A DNA stretch of 64,000 nt from the human T2T-CHM13v2.0 reference genome, Homo sapiens, in NCBI RefSeq assembly GCF_009914755.1, contig NC_060936.1; one strand, given 5' to 3'. How positions within the stretch are numbered: the stretch's first letter is position 1; each line of letters opens with the position of its first letter. A program made the position numbers and the translations under genes. Below are positions 34,291 to 48,535 of this stretch, piece by piece. Under the pieces are notes generated by a model, which had not been told where the DNA came from, did no database searches, and saw nothing but the letters and a program-made list of their open reading frames with translations.

Positions 34291-34554
34291 ACAGAACAAA
34301 ACGCTGGTTACCGGGAGCAGGTGTGAGGAGGAAATGAGGAGATGTATGTCAGAGAATGCAAAGTGGCAGATATATAGGATGAACGAATCTAGAGATCAAA
34401 TGTACATAAAACATGAGGATCACAGGTAATAAAATTGTACTCTATACGGGATTCAAGCTAAATGAGTATATTTTAGCTGCTCTTGCCACAAAAACAAAAA
34501 CCATGAGTAACTGCATGAGATGATGGATATGAAAATTTGCTTCACCATAGTCAA

Positions 34555-35473
<919 letters not shown>

Positions 35474-36008
35474 TAGTAGACAGTTAAGATACTTAAGGTT
35501 CAGTTTAATCTTTTCAAGCTTTGTTTTTAAGTTTTGTTCGAATAGGTCTAGATTAGCTTTTATTCTTCGACTGATTTATACCTATACCTAAGGTGTGACC
35601 TTTCTGAGATATCTGCTGCATACCCCCAGTTTTCAATGAGATCTCTCCAGCCTGAATGGTTGGAGCTCTAACATCTCCCATTCTGTATGAGTTCTAGTGG
35701 TTACTTAACTTACAGCTCCTAGTAATATTCAGCCAAAGTCTCATGAGATTCCTACATAGGTTTCTGAAATTCTTTCTCACTATACCTCCCTCCTCTTCTG
35801 CCCTACAAATTTAAACAATCTCTGCCTCTCCAAACTCTGATCTCTGTCTCCTCAGCTTAGGCCCTCCTGGATTCCAGGTCTGGAAAGTGAGTCAAGACAG
35901 AAAAACTAATGTGATGGTAGGACTTCCCTTCTCTAAGGAATTAAGGTTCTGTGCTATATGTTTTCCAGTAGCTGGAAACAGATATTTTATGTGTTGTCCA
36001 TTTTGTAG

Positions 36009-36384
<376 letters not shown>

Positions 36385-36606
36385 CCCTCATTTTTAACTT
36401 TCTAAAACCTCTACTGTTTTACATTCTAGTGCATATTCCACTTTCTCCATTAACTTCCCTTAATCCCTTCTCAATAAACTATGCAGCTCTTTTGTAGCAG
36501 TTGTCACATATTCCATACTGTACCATAGTTAATCTGCAGGCAGATCCTATGTCTTGATCATCCAATAATGCCTAACATGTGTGGAGCTCCAAAACGTTTA
36601 TTTATA

Positions 36607-37600
36607 AGTTAACCCAATTAAAAAATGGGCTAAGGACCTGAACAGACATTTCTCAAAAGTCATATAAATGACCAATAAATACATGAAAAACTGCTCAGCG
36701 TTACTAATTATTAGGGAAACGCAAATTAAAACCACAATGAGATATCACTTCATACCTGTTAGAATGACTTTTATCAAAAAGATGAAAGATAACAAGTGTT
36801 GGAGAGGATGTGGAGAAAAGGGAACTCATATATATTGATGGTGGGAATGCAAATTAGTAAAGCCATTATGAAAAATGATATGGAGGTTCCTCAAAAAACT
36901 AAAATAGAATTACCATACAACTCATTAATCCCACTTCTGGATATATATCCAAAGGAACTGAAACAAATATGTCAAAGGAATAGCTGTGCCCTCCTGTTCA
37001 TGGCAACATTATTCCCAACAGTCAAGATATGAAAACAACCTAAGTGTCCATCAACAGGTGAATGGATAAAGAAAATGTAACATATATACACAATGGAATA
37101 CTATTCAGCCTTAAAAGGGGGGACATCCTATCATTTGCAACAGTGTTGATAAATCTGTAGGACATTATGCTAAGTGAAATAAGCCAGGCACAAAAAGACA
37201 AATACTTCATGATCTCACTTATATGTAAAATCTAATAAAGTTGATCTCACAGACGTAGAAACTAAAAGGATGGTTACCAGAGTTTGGGGAAAGGGGTGGA
37301 GATGGAGGGAATGGGGAGTTGTTGATCAAAGGGTACAAAGTTTCAGGTAGGAAGAATAGGTCTTAGGATCTATTGCAACAGTGGCGTGAATATGGTCAAT
37401 AATAATGTGTTATTTATTTCAAAATAGGGCATAAATTTCAAATGCTTCACCATAAAAAAAAATGATAGGTAAGTGAGGTGATGGATATGTTAATTAGCTT
37501 GATTTAATCCTGCCACATTTATACATATATCATAGTGTATCCCATAAATGTATGCAATAATGATGCATTGCTCAAAAATACTAATGTTAAATAAATGTTT
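36607..37600 (+). mobile_element. L1MA 3' end
   Basis: ORF2 C-terminal sequence and L1MA-type 3'UTR (GGGTACAAAGTTTCAG..GTGAGGTGATGGATATGTTAATTAGCTTGATTTAATC). Confidence 0.85.
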
Positions 37601-38713
37601 TAAAATTTTTAATTTGTTGAAACACTGAGATACCCTAAAAAGACACTGTCTTCTTTTCAGTTGAAATACATACAAAGAGAATAAATAACCTCCCCTCTTA
37701 GTGAAATGTTGGCCTATATATAGCTTACAGTCCCTCCCAACCCAAAGATTCCCTGAAAAAAATGGTTAGGCAAATTGTGCTACAGCTACATAATGAATAT
37801 TATATTATTATTTTAAATGTGGGATATATAACATGCTTATAATAAAATGTTAGGTGAAGCATCAGGATTCAAATTGTACATATGATAATAATTATAGCTA
37901 TATAAAAAGTGCATTAAAAACTAGAAATAAATTTTTAATAGCAGAGTTATTATAATGTGTATGTATTGTTGACATTTTTTTTTTCATGATCTAAGATTAG
38001 TCTTGAAAGACAGTTGGCTTGGTTTTCCAATTATCTTCATGAAGGATGGCTTAGGATGATCAGTTATTCCAAAGCCAAACTTTATTTTTATTACATATCG
38101 TCCAACATCTTACTGGATTTAGCTAACAGCCTTATTGAGAATACTAGTTCATGTAGTTATCTACAAGTACATTTTGAAACTAGTTTATCCTGAAGGACTG
38201 ACCAGGAAGTTTTACTGCTCATATTGAGGTATTATAAGCTTTATGGAGACTTTGTTTGAGACTGAGTCACCTTTTCTACACCTAAGACTCTCTACTCTGC
38301 CTCTCTTCTGCCAATGTCACACACTTGTCCAGTTTTTTCCAGGAAGAGCCATGCCAGTCTGTTCCTAGAAAATCTCAGCCCCAGCCCAGAGCCTGTGCTG
38401 TCCTCCTCCTGGCCCAGATCTGCTCTCTGCTTGCTATGGAAGAAACTCGGTGCTATAGTACTGCAGTGGGATTTCCTATTTACATTTGTCATTCAGCTGC
38501 ATTTTAGTCTGTCTCCATTATCTTGAAGGGATCTGACCTGGTTTTATGTTAATCTGTGATGTTAAACTATCCAACTAAACAGGACAGAATACCTACAGAG
38601 TTATATATCAGTTTCTTCTTGCCTCCTCCCTGCTAAGAGATCAAAGCGGGACCCCAGGGTCCTAACCCAGGCCAGGGTAGAAAGACTGTTGATTTAGCCC
38701 TTAGAGGTCACAC

Positions 38714-39406
38714 TGTGTCCAGAGTTGGTTCCTTCCAGCAGGCTTTTGGTCTTGCTGACTTCAAGAATGAAGCCGCAGACCTTCACAGTGAGTGTTACAG
38801 CTCTTAAAGATGGTGTGTCCAGAGTTTGTTCCTTCAGATGTGTCTGGAGTTTCTTCCTTCTGGTGGGTCTGTGGTCTCGCTGACTTCAAGAATGAACCCG
38901 CGGACCTTTGCAGCGAGTGTTACAGCTCTTAAAGGTGGTGCAGACACAAAGAGTGAGCAGCAGCAAGATTTATTGTGAAGAGTGAAAGAACAAAGCTTCC
39001 ACAGCGTGGAAAGGGACCTGAGTGGGTTGCCGGTGCTGGCTGGGGTGGCCAGCTTTTATTCCCTTATTTGGCCTCTCCCATGTCCTGCTGACTGGTCCAT
39101 TTTACAGAGTGCTGATTGGTCCATTTCACAGAGTGCTGATTGGTGCATTTACAATCCTTTAGCTAGACACAGAGTGCTGATTGGTGCATTTACAATCCTT
39201 TAGCTAGACACAGAGCGCTGATTGGTGCGTTTTTACAGAGTGCTGACTGGCACATTTTACAAACCTCTAGCTAGCCACAGAGTGCTGATTGGTGCGTTTT
39301 ACAATCCTAGCTACAGAGCGCTGATTGGTGCATTTTACAATCCTCTTGTTAGAAAAGTTCTCCAAGTCCCGACTCGACCCAGAAATCCAGCTGGCTTCAC
39401 CTCTCA
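38714..39406 (-). mobile_element. LTR12 (HERV9) solo LTR
   Basis: Repeated GCTGATTGGT units; CTTGCTGACTTCAAGAATGAAGCC U5 repeats; TG..CA termini; 4-bp TSD ACAC. Confidence 0.92.
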
Positions 39407-39506
39407 ACACTCTTGATAGCTCATCCCAATGCTGCAAGAACAAGTTATAACATACATTTCACCTTGGGGCTCATTCTGAGAATTGAATATTTATTAAATT
39501 AGCTAA

Positions 39507-39850
<344 letters not shown>

Positions 39851-40798
39851 GGCTATTATGGTTATTCTTATGTCTTGCCAGTCTTTCCCCACTCATAAGG
39901 GGGAGGTAATTAGGTTTGAATGAAACACATGGATGTGGTCCCTTGTAGACCTGAACATTTCCCTGGAACCAAAAGATAGATGCAGCTGCTCCAGTTGGCT
40001 CCAAACTACATCTCCTCTCCAAGGAGGCTCTTCTCCAACCTGCACAAGGGAGGGGCGCTCTCCTCCTCTAGAAAAGGCAGTTGCATCCATAGCAGCACAT
40101 ACGGAATAGGGACAACTGTCTTCTGTGAGCACCCTAGGGTGTAGGGAGTCAATAACATGTGGAGACTCCACAGGAGAGAAGCAGAAAGTCCACAGAGCTG
40201 TCAGGTGGCAGAAGAATTTAGTCTAGGGGTAAAGACGTCCAGGAGAGAAGTTGACTCCAAGCCCAAAGCAGGTCCGCCCCCATCTTCACTGAGCTTGAGT
40301 ATCTGGCGTTCATATGGGTCAACCCTGCTCTCTGCCTACAGAGAGGACCACCACTGACCCAACCTAAACATGCAGAAGAGAGTTTATCATTTTTGTTTGT
40401 TTGTTTGCTCTGGGAGGTTCCTGTGGATGAGGCCCATATTTGCCAACAAACTTCTGGAGGCTCTAGGAAGAAATTCCACTTCACCACACTGACCCTGTCC
40501 CCCGAGCCTCATCTTATTTTCAAACCCCCCAAAAAATGCAGTAAATAACAATGGTTAACCCCTTAAGAATCACCTCTAGGAAGCCAGCACAGATGAGTAA
40601 TCATGGGTTTTCCAGCACCACCACACCCTTGGTCCTTGTTCTGTGAATTAAATGTAATTCCTCTTCTTTATAAGAGTCTCTCAAATATTTGAAAACAGTT
40701 ATCATATTCTTCTATTCATTTTGTCTTTTCCAGATTCTCTACATTCTTCATCTATTCCTTGTATTTCACAGTTTTCAAGCCCTAATTCATGATACTCA

Positions 40799-41102
<304 letters not shown>

Positions 41103-41461
41103 TCATGATAGTCAACAAAAAGCCCAAATTATTTTCACATAATTGGCTACTAAGTTGGGTCTTACCCTTCCTATGCTTGTGTAACCGGTTGTTAAAATCT
41201 ACATGCAGATTTTATATGTGCCTCTGTTAAATTCCGTCTTGTTTTTAGTTTGGCATTCCAAAAGGCAAGATTATTTTGAATTATAATTGTTGCTTACAAT
41301 ATTGATTTTCCCTCTTTGTTTCATATCATCTGAAGTTTGATGAGCCATGCATGCTTACTATGCCTATTGAAGTCATTGCTAAAATAGGTGACGAAGATAA
41401 GATCTACAACACATTCTCCTTTTCACTAGACAGATTTCTCCAGATTTTTAGTCATTAATGA

Positions 41462-41804
<343 letters not shown>

Positions 41805-43329
41805 AAAAAAGCGTTATCTCTAAGCACACAGTCATCATCTTTTTATGAAGCTTTACTGAGATTAACATGCCCTTTCTCTGCTCCTTTCTCCTGATTGTTA
41901 AATTATTAGTACTGTCAATAAAAGATATTATTATGAGGTTTTACATTAGGTTCAGCATTACAAAGATCCTGGTGATCCCTTATGGGACTTCCAACTATTC
42001 TACATAGCATCTATTTAGGAATTTTACCAGGAACCAAGGTCAAATTCATTGGTTGGCAAGGGCAGTGCTTCTAACTTTATAATCATAAGCATTGGCTCAG
42101 AGTGTAGACTTCAGAAGTTTCGGGTCAGTTGACTGGTTGGTTGATTTGGTTAGTTTAACTAGTTTCTTCCTTTGCTCCCTCTTTCTGCTAAACCCAGAGT
42201 CCTATTTCACTCTCAATTCAAGTCACTCCTTGGCTCTTTAAGAAATCATTAGTATATAGAAGACAGAATATGTTCAAATACATATGAAAGCATTCAGTTT
42301 GTTCCATGTCTGTATCCCCATATGACTGAATGTGGGTCTGCATGATGTAAGCCCAAAGCCAAAGGAAAACGTAGGATCAGGCCAGGAACAGAAAAACCCT
42401 GTGTTCTCACTGCCATCGGCTAATGTGAGATGTCGCCTTTCTTAACTTCAAAAGTGAGAAAACTATCACATTGGGCTTTCTGGTTTCTTCCTCCTACGCA
42501 CACACATATTTTTGACTTCCATATCCATTCTTATTTATGATTCCATCCCAAGCTTCCAATATTCCCTCAACTGTAGGGGATGACCCAATGATTCCTCCTC
42601 TATTTTAGTAGTCATTTAAATGTCTCTTTGACTCTAGCGTTAACTGTCAGATGGTGCAATTTTTTCATGGCAATTTGCTTTTGGAAAATTATTGTAATGA
42701 ATTCATATATTAATTTATTTATTCATTCCACAAAGTCTTCCTATGTGTTTGGTGGAAAGGTAGTGCTGCAATAACTGAGAGAAGGAAACCTACGCCAGAA
42801 GAGAAGTTTCTAAAGAACCCACAGTTAGTTAAGATAAACTGAGCATTTGACCTGTATGGAAAATACAAGGCAGGAGAACCAAGATAAATAGAGTGTTTCC
42901 AGTTTCCAACAAACTGATCGGAGACTGGGCAAAGTGTGGAAATGGCTTTACCAAGGGTCACCAGGCCACCTGTCCAAAGAGAAAGAGTGGTTTCCCAGGG
43001 GGGTGGGATCTGGGTTAATTCAGATCTTTCTGTGTTGCATATCTTGCTGAATAGATGATATAGATTGCTCATCTGGATTTCCAAGTCTCATTTTCTTGGA
43101 AAGAAAAAATAGTCTGAGATGAGTGGCAGCCTCAGGAACGTGCATGACTTCAGAGTAGGACCAACTCTCCTAGAGGCGATGCGCACGCCTCCTACCCTTC
43201 CACAGTTCACCAGCTGTGGTCCTCCTGTTGGTGCCCAGCCGGGACCTCCAGGTAAATAGCTCCCTGCGGATTGGAAGAACATTATGCTGCTCTCTAATTT
43301 TGACATTTCTATCACTTAAAAAACGTTTG

Positions 43330-43608
<279 letters not shown>

Positions 43609-43629
43609 TGTGGGTGGAGCAGGTTGGGA

Positions 43630-43840
43630 AAGCACTGTAGAACAGTAGACCATTCGGGAGCCTTAGAGTCAGGCAAACCTGGGTTCACATCATGACTCCA
43701 TCATAATGACCTGGAATAATTGACTTGAACAAACGGGTCTTAGTTTCTCTTCCACATCTGGGAGACAATAAGGCCTGTCTCTGATGCGTGCTGTGATGAG
43801 TAAATGGATAAGCCAAGCATGGAGTGTGGCCATAATAGTA
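43630..43840 (+). mobile_element. MIR
   Basis: AGAGTCAGGCAAACCTGGGTTC..TAGTTTCTC..CATCTG MIR core-like sequence. Confidence 0.55.
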
Positions 43841-43904
43841 TCTTTGTTAATATTAACTACCTTCCTCTCTTCTCTTGGGCCCAGACCTGGAAGAAGAAGC
43901 AGTC

Positions 43905-44839
43905 CAGTGGTGACAGTGGGAACCAGACCACCTGGCTGATCCTAGTGGGCTTCGGGGAGCTGCAATACCTGGGCTTCCTTCCCTTCACTCTCTTCCTGGC
44001 CATCTATGTGGTGACAGTTGGGGGCAATGCCCTCATCATGCTGGCTGTGGCCTCTAGTCGGACACTGCACCCACCAATGTACTTCTTCCTCTGCCACTTC
44101 TCCCTGCTGGAGATTGGCTATACCTCCAACGTCATACTATGGCTGTTGCAGAGTTTCTTGGAGGGGAAGGAAGTCATCTCTCTAGTCAGCTGTCTGGCTC
44201 AGTTCTACGTGTTTTCCTCGCTGGCTGCAGCTGAGTGCCTCCTGCTATCTGCCGTGTCCTATGACTGTTACTTGGCCATCTGCTGCCCCCTTCACTATCC
44301 TGCCCTGATGAGCACCTGGTTTTGTCACTGCCTGGCCGCTGGTGCTTGGTTCAGTGGCTTCTTCTCCTCTGCCTTCACTATGGCCCTGGCAGCACCTCTG
44401 TCCTGGCAGCAGGGAGATTGACCACTATTTCTGTGAGTTTGCTCCAGTAGTCAGGCAGTTCTGCGGGGATGTGGGAGTCATGTAGGGAGCTGAAGTCAGC
44501 ATCTCAGGCTTCCTGACACTGGCCGCCTTCCTACTGATTGTGGCATCCTCTGCCTTCATTGAGGGCTGTACTGCAAATACCCTCAGGCCATGAGAGGCAG
44601 AAAGCCTTCTTCACCTGTTCCTCCCACCTCACCGTAGTTGGGGTATTTTATGGCACCCTCATTGTGGTCTATGTGGCCCCAATAGAACACATGTCCCCTT
44701 GCTTCTAAAGGTCTTCTCTGTCCTCTACACAGTGTTCACTCCCATGGTCAACTCCATCATCCACAGCCTCAAGAACCAAGAGGTGAAGGGGGCTCTGCAT
44801 AGGCTCAGGGGACAGCTCATCCCAGGACACACTCACTAA
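43905..44839 (+). pseudogene. OR11M1P: Olfactory receptor pseudogene (family 11-like)
   Basis: N-glycosylation [71 protein letters not shown]. No canonical ATG; frameshifts at ~44402, ~44560, ~44700; in-frame TAG at ~44483. The symbol is a tentative recall from the inferred locus. Confidence 0.9.
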
Positions 44840-44959
44840 GGAGGACAGGACAGCTTTTGACTTCTTCCTGGATTGATTTCAGCTTAGCCCCTTCCTCAAA
44901 GTCTGATGGACTAGAGACCACTGCAATAAAAAGATGGAGACTGTGGGATTGAAAATGGA

Positions 44960-46080
44960 TGTCTACCAAAATGAGGTAACTGTATTTTCCAATTGGAATT
45001 GGCCTCCCTATCCCCAGTGGTAGCAGCTTCCCCAACCCCAGCGACAGCAGCCTCTGTCCCTGTCTGAGGGAATTAATCCCACATTGCCTGAAGAAACTGT
45101 AATTGCCTCCCCTGGGGCAGTTCCCATGCAAGACAATGCTGATTCTCCTCAGAACCCATACCCATCACTCCTCTTTGGTTCTAAAACTATAGCTAGACCC
45201 AAGTCCCTGCAGGCCTCTAAAGGTGAGCACAAAGTGTGACCCATGAGGACATGCACTACAATCCAAAAGAATTACTTGGGTTTTCTAATTTATACAGACA
45301 GAAATCCAGTGAACATGCATGGAAATAGATCTTGAAATTGTGGGATGATGATGGAAGGAACGTAAAGTTGAATAAAGCCGAATGTATTGATATACATTTG
45401 TGACAGTGGGAACCAGACCACCTGGCTGATCCTAGTGGGCTTCGGGGAGCTGCAATATCTGGGTTTCCTTCCCTTCACTCTCCCTTCAAGGCTCACTAAA
45501 GCAGAAATTCTGCATTTAATGTTGCAGCTTGGGGAACTAGGAAGGATTCTAACAGTTTGTTTAGTTGGTTGACTGAAACATGAACCAAAAGGTGGGATAC
45601 AGTAAGTGAATTAGAAATGCTGGATCTGCCTTGATTTAATGTAGAGAAAGGATTCAACGGCTAAAGGATATTGAAATATTAGAGTGGATTTGTTACTTAA
45701 GACCTACTTACCCATGTGAGAGGGCCCAGAAGACATACTTTTCACTATGACTAAGAAATAGGGAAGCCCCGGCATCCTTGAAGAGCTCTGTAATCTCTCT
45801 TCACTGTAGCCCAGACCTTACGGTGAGGACTGCAGTCACTGAATTGGGAAACCTACATTCAATGGGAGTGACTGCATCCTGAGATGGCAGAGGCCAAGTG
45901 GCAGCACTCAACCTCCAAAGGCAAGGTGTACATGGTTGCCACAATGGACAGCAGAGTCAAATCAGCAATCAGAATAGCCGGACTCACACAGACCTATGGC
46001 ATACTGTTTCTAGAAATGCAATAGATAAGAAGCCTACTAAATTCTTACTTGATCAGAAAAGTTCTAAATCAAGTGAACAT
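44960..46080 (+). mobile_element. ERV-L internal (gag) fragment without LTRs
   Basis: Matches recalled HERV-L/ERVL gag (CCATGCAAGACAATGCTGATTCTCCTCAG, GGAAGGAACGTAAAGTTG, CAAGTGGCAGCACTCAAC..CAAAGGCAAGGTG). Confidence 0.75.
45400..45482 (+). repeat. 83-bp copy of the OR 5' coding sequence (source 43910-43992)
   Basis: Direct comparison: 81 of 83 bases identical. Confidence 0.95.
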
Positions 46081-46731
46081 CAGCTAAGTTTTTATCAGGG
46101 TTATTCTACTAGTGCCACAAGAGAGTTAGATTGGGATTGTAAGAATGAAGGGGAAGTGATGATGAGGGTAACAAGAGGGATTGAGAATCTCAGCCATCCA
46201 TCTTATTGGTTACAAGAAATGAAACTATTTCAACTTCCCTTGAATATCTTTCTTCATTTTTCTCCATGCCAAACCTACTCTTTCTCATGTAGAGAAACCT
46301 TCCAAGGATGGTTTTTCTGTGCTGCCTTCCAAGGATTCTCCTCCGCTACCTTTCCACCTTTTCTCTTGCATGTACCTTGGGATATAGAACAAAAGTGAAT
46401 ATATACAAGTGAGTATTTGGCTGGGAGATGAGGCTGGAAAGGTTGATTGGGAAACAGACTGTGATTGATTGATTACTGGTCATTCCAATTTTAATTCCAT
46501 AAAATGACACCAAATAATTTTGGATTTATTTGGAATAAAATTCCAAATTAATAAATTTATTATAATTATAATTATTATTTTATTTGGAATAAAATTCTAA
46601 ATTTATTAATAAAAGCATTTAATAAATTGTTGTATATTTTCCATGGGCTAATTATTGCTTAGGACTGGGAGTGCATATGAATTATAAATGATCTCTGACA
46701 TTGAGGATCTCATAGTTTTTTCAACTCAGTC

Positions 46732-47050
46732 TTTTTTTTTTTCTTTTCTTTTTTTTTTTTTTTGAGATGGAGTTTCACTCTTATTGCCCAGGCTGGAGTG
46801 CAATGGCACCATCCGGCTCACTGCAACCTCTGCCTCTCGAGTTCAAGTCATTCCCCTGCCTCACCCTCCCGAGTGGCTGGGATTACAGGCGCCTGCCATC
46901 ACACCCGGCTAATTTTTTTTTGTATTTTTAGTAGAAACGGGGTTTCACCATGATGGCCAGGCTGATCTCGAACTCCTGACCTCAGGTGATCTGCCCGCCT
47001 TGGCCTCCCCAAGTGCTGGGATTACAGGGGTGAGCCACTGCACCCGGCCT
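46732..47050 (-). mobile_element. AluS
   Basis: Antisense Alu; TSD TCAACTCAGTCTT. Confidence 0.92.
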
Positions 47051-47197
47051 CAACTCAGTCTTAAAAATGGATTTTCATTTCAGATAGCACTAGTACAGCA
47101 TAAGTTATGTCTCATCTTTCCCATGGCCTATTGGATGACCTCTCATCATGGAGCACTCTCCCTTTTCTATCCATACCTTTTGCTCTCTCTGACACAG

Positions 47198-47357
47198 GGA
47201 TCTGCTTGGTTCAGTGTGAGAGTAATTTGAACACCCAGGCCTTTAATGGAAAAAACTGCTGATGGCAGTAGTGACAACGGGATTTTCCAGCTGAACAACT
47301 TCTGATACAAAGACCACAAGCATTCCTCAGAAAATGCCTGCAACCTAATGTGCAGCA
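47198..47357 (+). pseudogene. LYSC1: Calcium-binding lysozyme c pseudogene, exon 2
   Basis: Polypyrimidine-ACAG acceptor and GTAAG donor. Translates (W)ICLVQCESNLNTQAFNGKN/ADGSSDNGIFQLNNF*YKDHKHSSENACNLMCS versus recalled horse milk lysozyme [54 protein letters not shown]. Has a +1 frameshift and a TGA. Confidence 0.9.
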
Positions 47358-47942
47358 GTAAGGACTCTATCCCTCTGAGGGCTGGATGAAGTGGGAGCAG
47401 GTAAAATAGGTGCAAAACTGAATGCACTGCTCCCTATCACCTGACTGTCAGCCTGTGCTGGGGAAGCTGAATATGGGGAATAAACAGTCCTCACACTGAA
47501 ACAAGATCCCACAGAGATCATCCTGACAAAAAGAAGGAAGAAAGACTGGCCCCTGGCTAAGCCCCCTGATTCACAATCTCCTTTTCATCTTCCCCATTCA
47601 TGGGTTCCCACCCTTCAAGACATGTTATCTGCTCCTAGTACACACATCATCCCACATACCAGCACTCCAGACATTCTGAGCAGCTTCCCGAAAACAAAAG
47701 CTCTCCCTAGTCCATCATGTCCTAGATGCCTTCTGGAAGGACCAGTGCTCAGAGAAGGAGTCTAAGCAAAAACAAGAAAACCCAGGCAAAATGGAAGGCA
47801 AACCCAGAGAGGAGCTCCAGAGAGAAAGGATTTCTGAATCTCAGGATTCACTTTCCTCTGGGAATTCCCCTCTAAAAATGATCAATAATTCAAAATAGAA
47901 AAAGAGAGATTTCCCTCCCCACTCATCCACTTGTCCTTTCAG

Positions 47943-48017
47943 AGTTTATTGATGATAACATTGGTGATGACAAACTGCCAAGAGGACTGTGTAAGATCCT
48001 AAAGTGATATCTGCCTG
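47943..48017 (+). pseudogene. LYSC1: Calcium-binding lysozyme c pseudogene, exon 3
   Basis: TTTCAG acceptor and GTAAG donor. (K)FIDDNIGDD/AKRTV*DPKVISA(W) versus horse KLLDENIDDDISCAKRVVRDPKGMSAW. Has a 4-nt deletion and a TAA. Confidence 0.88.
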
Positions 48018-48364
48018 GTAAGAGGAATGTGAAGGGCAGAGAGCAACTGTTCTGCCAGTGGGGTTTGGTGGGAGAGGGGCAGATAATATCTGGGCTACTG
48101 ATGTTAGTGGCATCTGTGCTGCAGGATTTGCCATGGGCTTTGGGAGAGGGTTGAGAATGTTCCCCTGATGAGAAAATGAGGCAGAGTAATCATGTGATGC
48201 ATTCATCCCAGGCATCATGGCAGCACCCACATGCATCCTCTTCACCTGGGACTCTCCAACAGCATAAATTGGCTCCAGCCCGCAAGCCCAACTTTCCCTC
48301 AGCTGAGCCCCTTTCAGACTTCTGCCCCTGCCTCTGATCTATACTTTATTTCTCTATCCTTAAG

Positions 48365-48430
48365 GCAGCCTGGGTAAAACACTGCAAAGCCAAAGATTTG
48401 TCTAAATACCTGACCAGCTGTAAGCTGTGA
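48365..48430 (+). pseudogene. LYSC1: Calcium-binding lysozyme c pseudogene, exon 4 coding part
   Basis: AWVKHCKAKDLSKYLTSCKL* versus horse AWVKHCKDKDLSEYLASCNL*. The acceptor is one base out of the expected phase. Confidence 0.88.
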
Positions 48431-48529
48431 GACTGTTTAAACATGGCTCTTGGAGAAGGTAGCCCAGAAGATGGGGTAATTTCTCAAGGTTCTTTGAAGT
48501 TCTGAATCTTCCCCCATCTCTGCCTCCAA

Positions 48530-48535
48530 AATAAA
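48530..48535 (+). terminator. Probable polyadenylation signal of the lysozyme pseudogene
   Basis: AATAAA 100 nt after the exon 4 stop codon. Confidence 0.55.

Noticed and set aside
43165-43190. CTCF or NRF1 site (CCTAGAGGCGATGCGCACGCC)
   Set aside because: Only a partial match to either motif; not supportable without ChIP data.
43804-44421. 205-aa ORF as a functional olfactory receptor
   Set aside because: Its ATG lies in upstream MIR-like DNA, the MAYDRY motif is degraded to VSYDCY, and a frameshift truncates it after TM4.
45387-45572. Second OR gene start
   Set aside because: Only an 83-bp duplicated fragment embedded in ERV-L sequence.
45898-46398. 166-aa ORF
   Set aside because: GTG start in the ERV-L gag remnant running into unrelated flank; no coherent protein.
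47198-48430. Assignment of the lysozyme-like exons to LALBA or LYZ
   Set aside because: The catalytic Glu is retained, unlike LALBA, and the NGKN, FQLNN and AWVKHCK motifs plus the Asp-rich loop match Ca-binding lysozyme rather than human LYZ.
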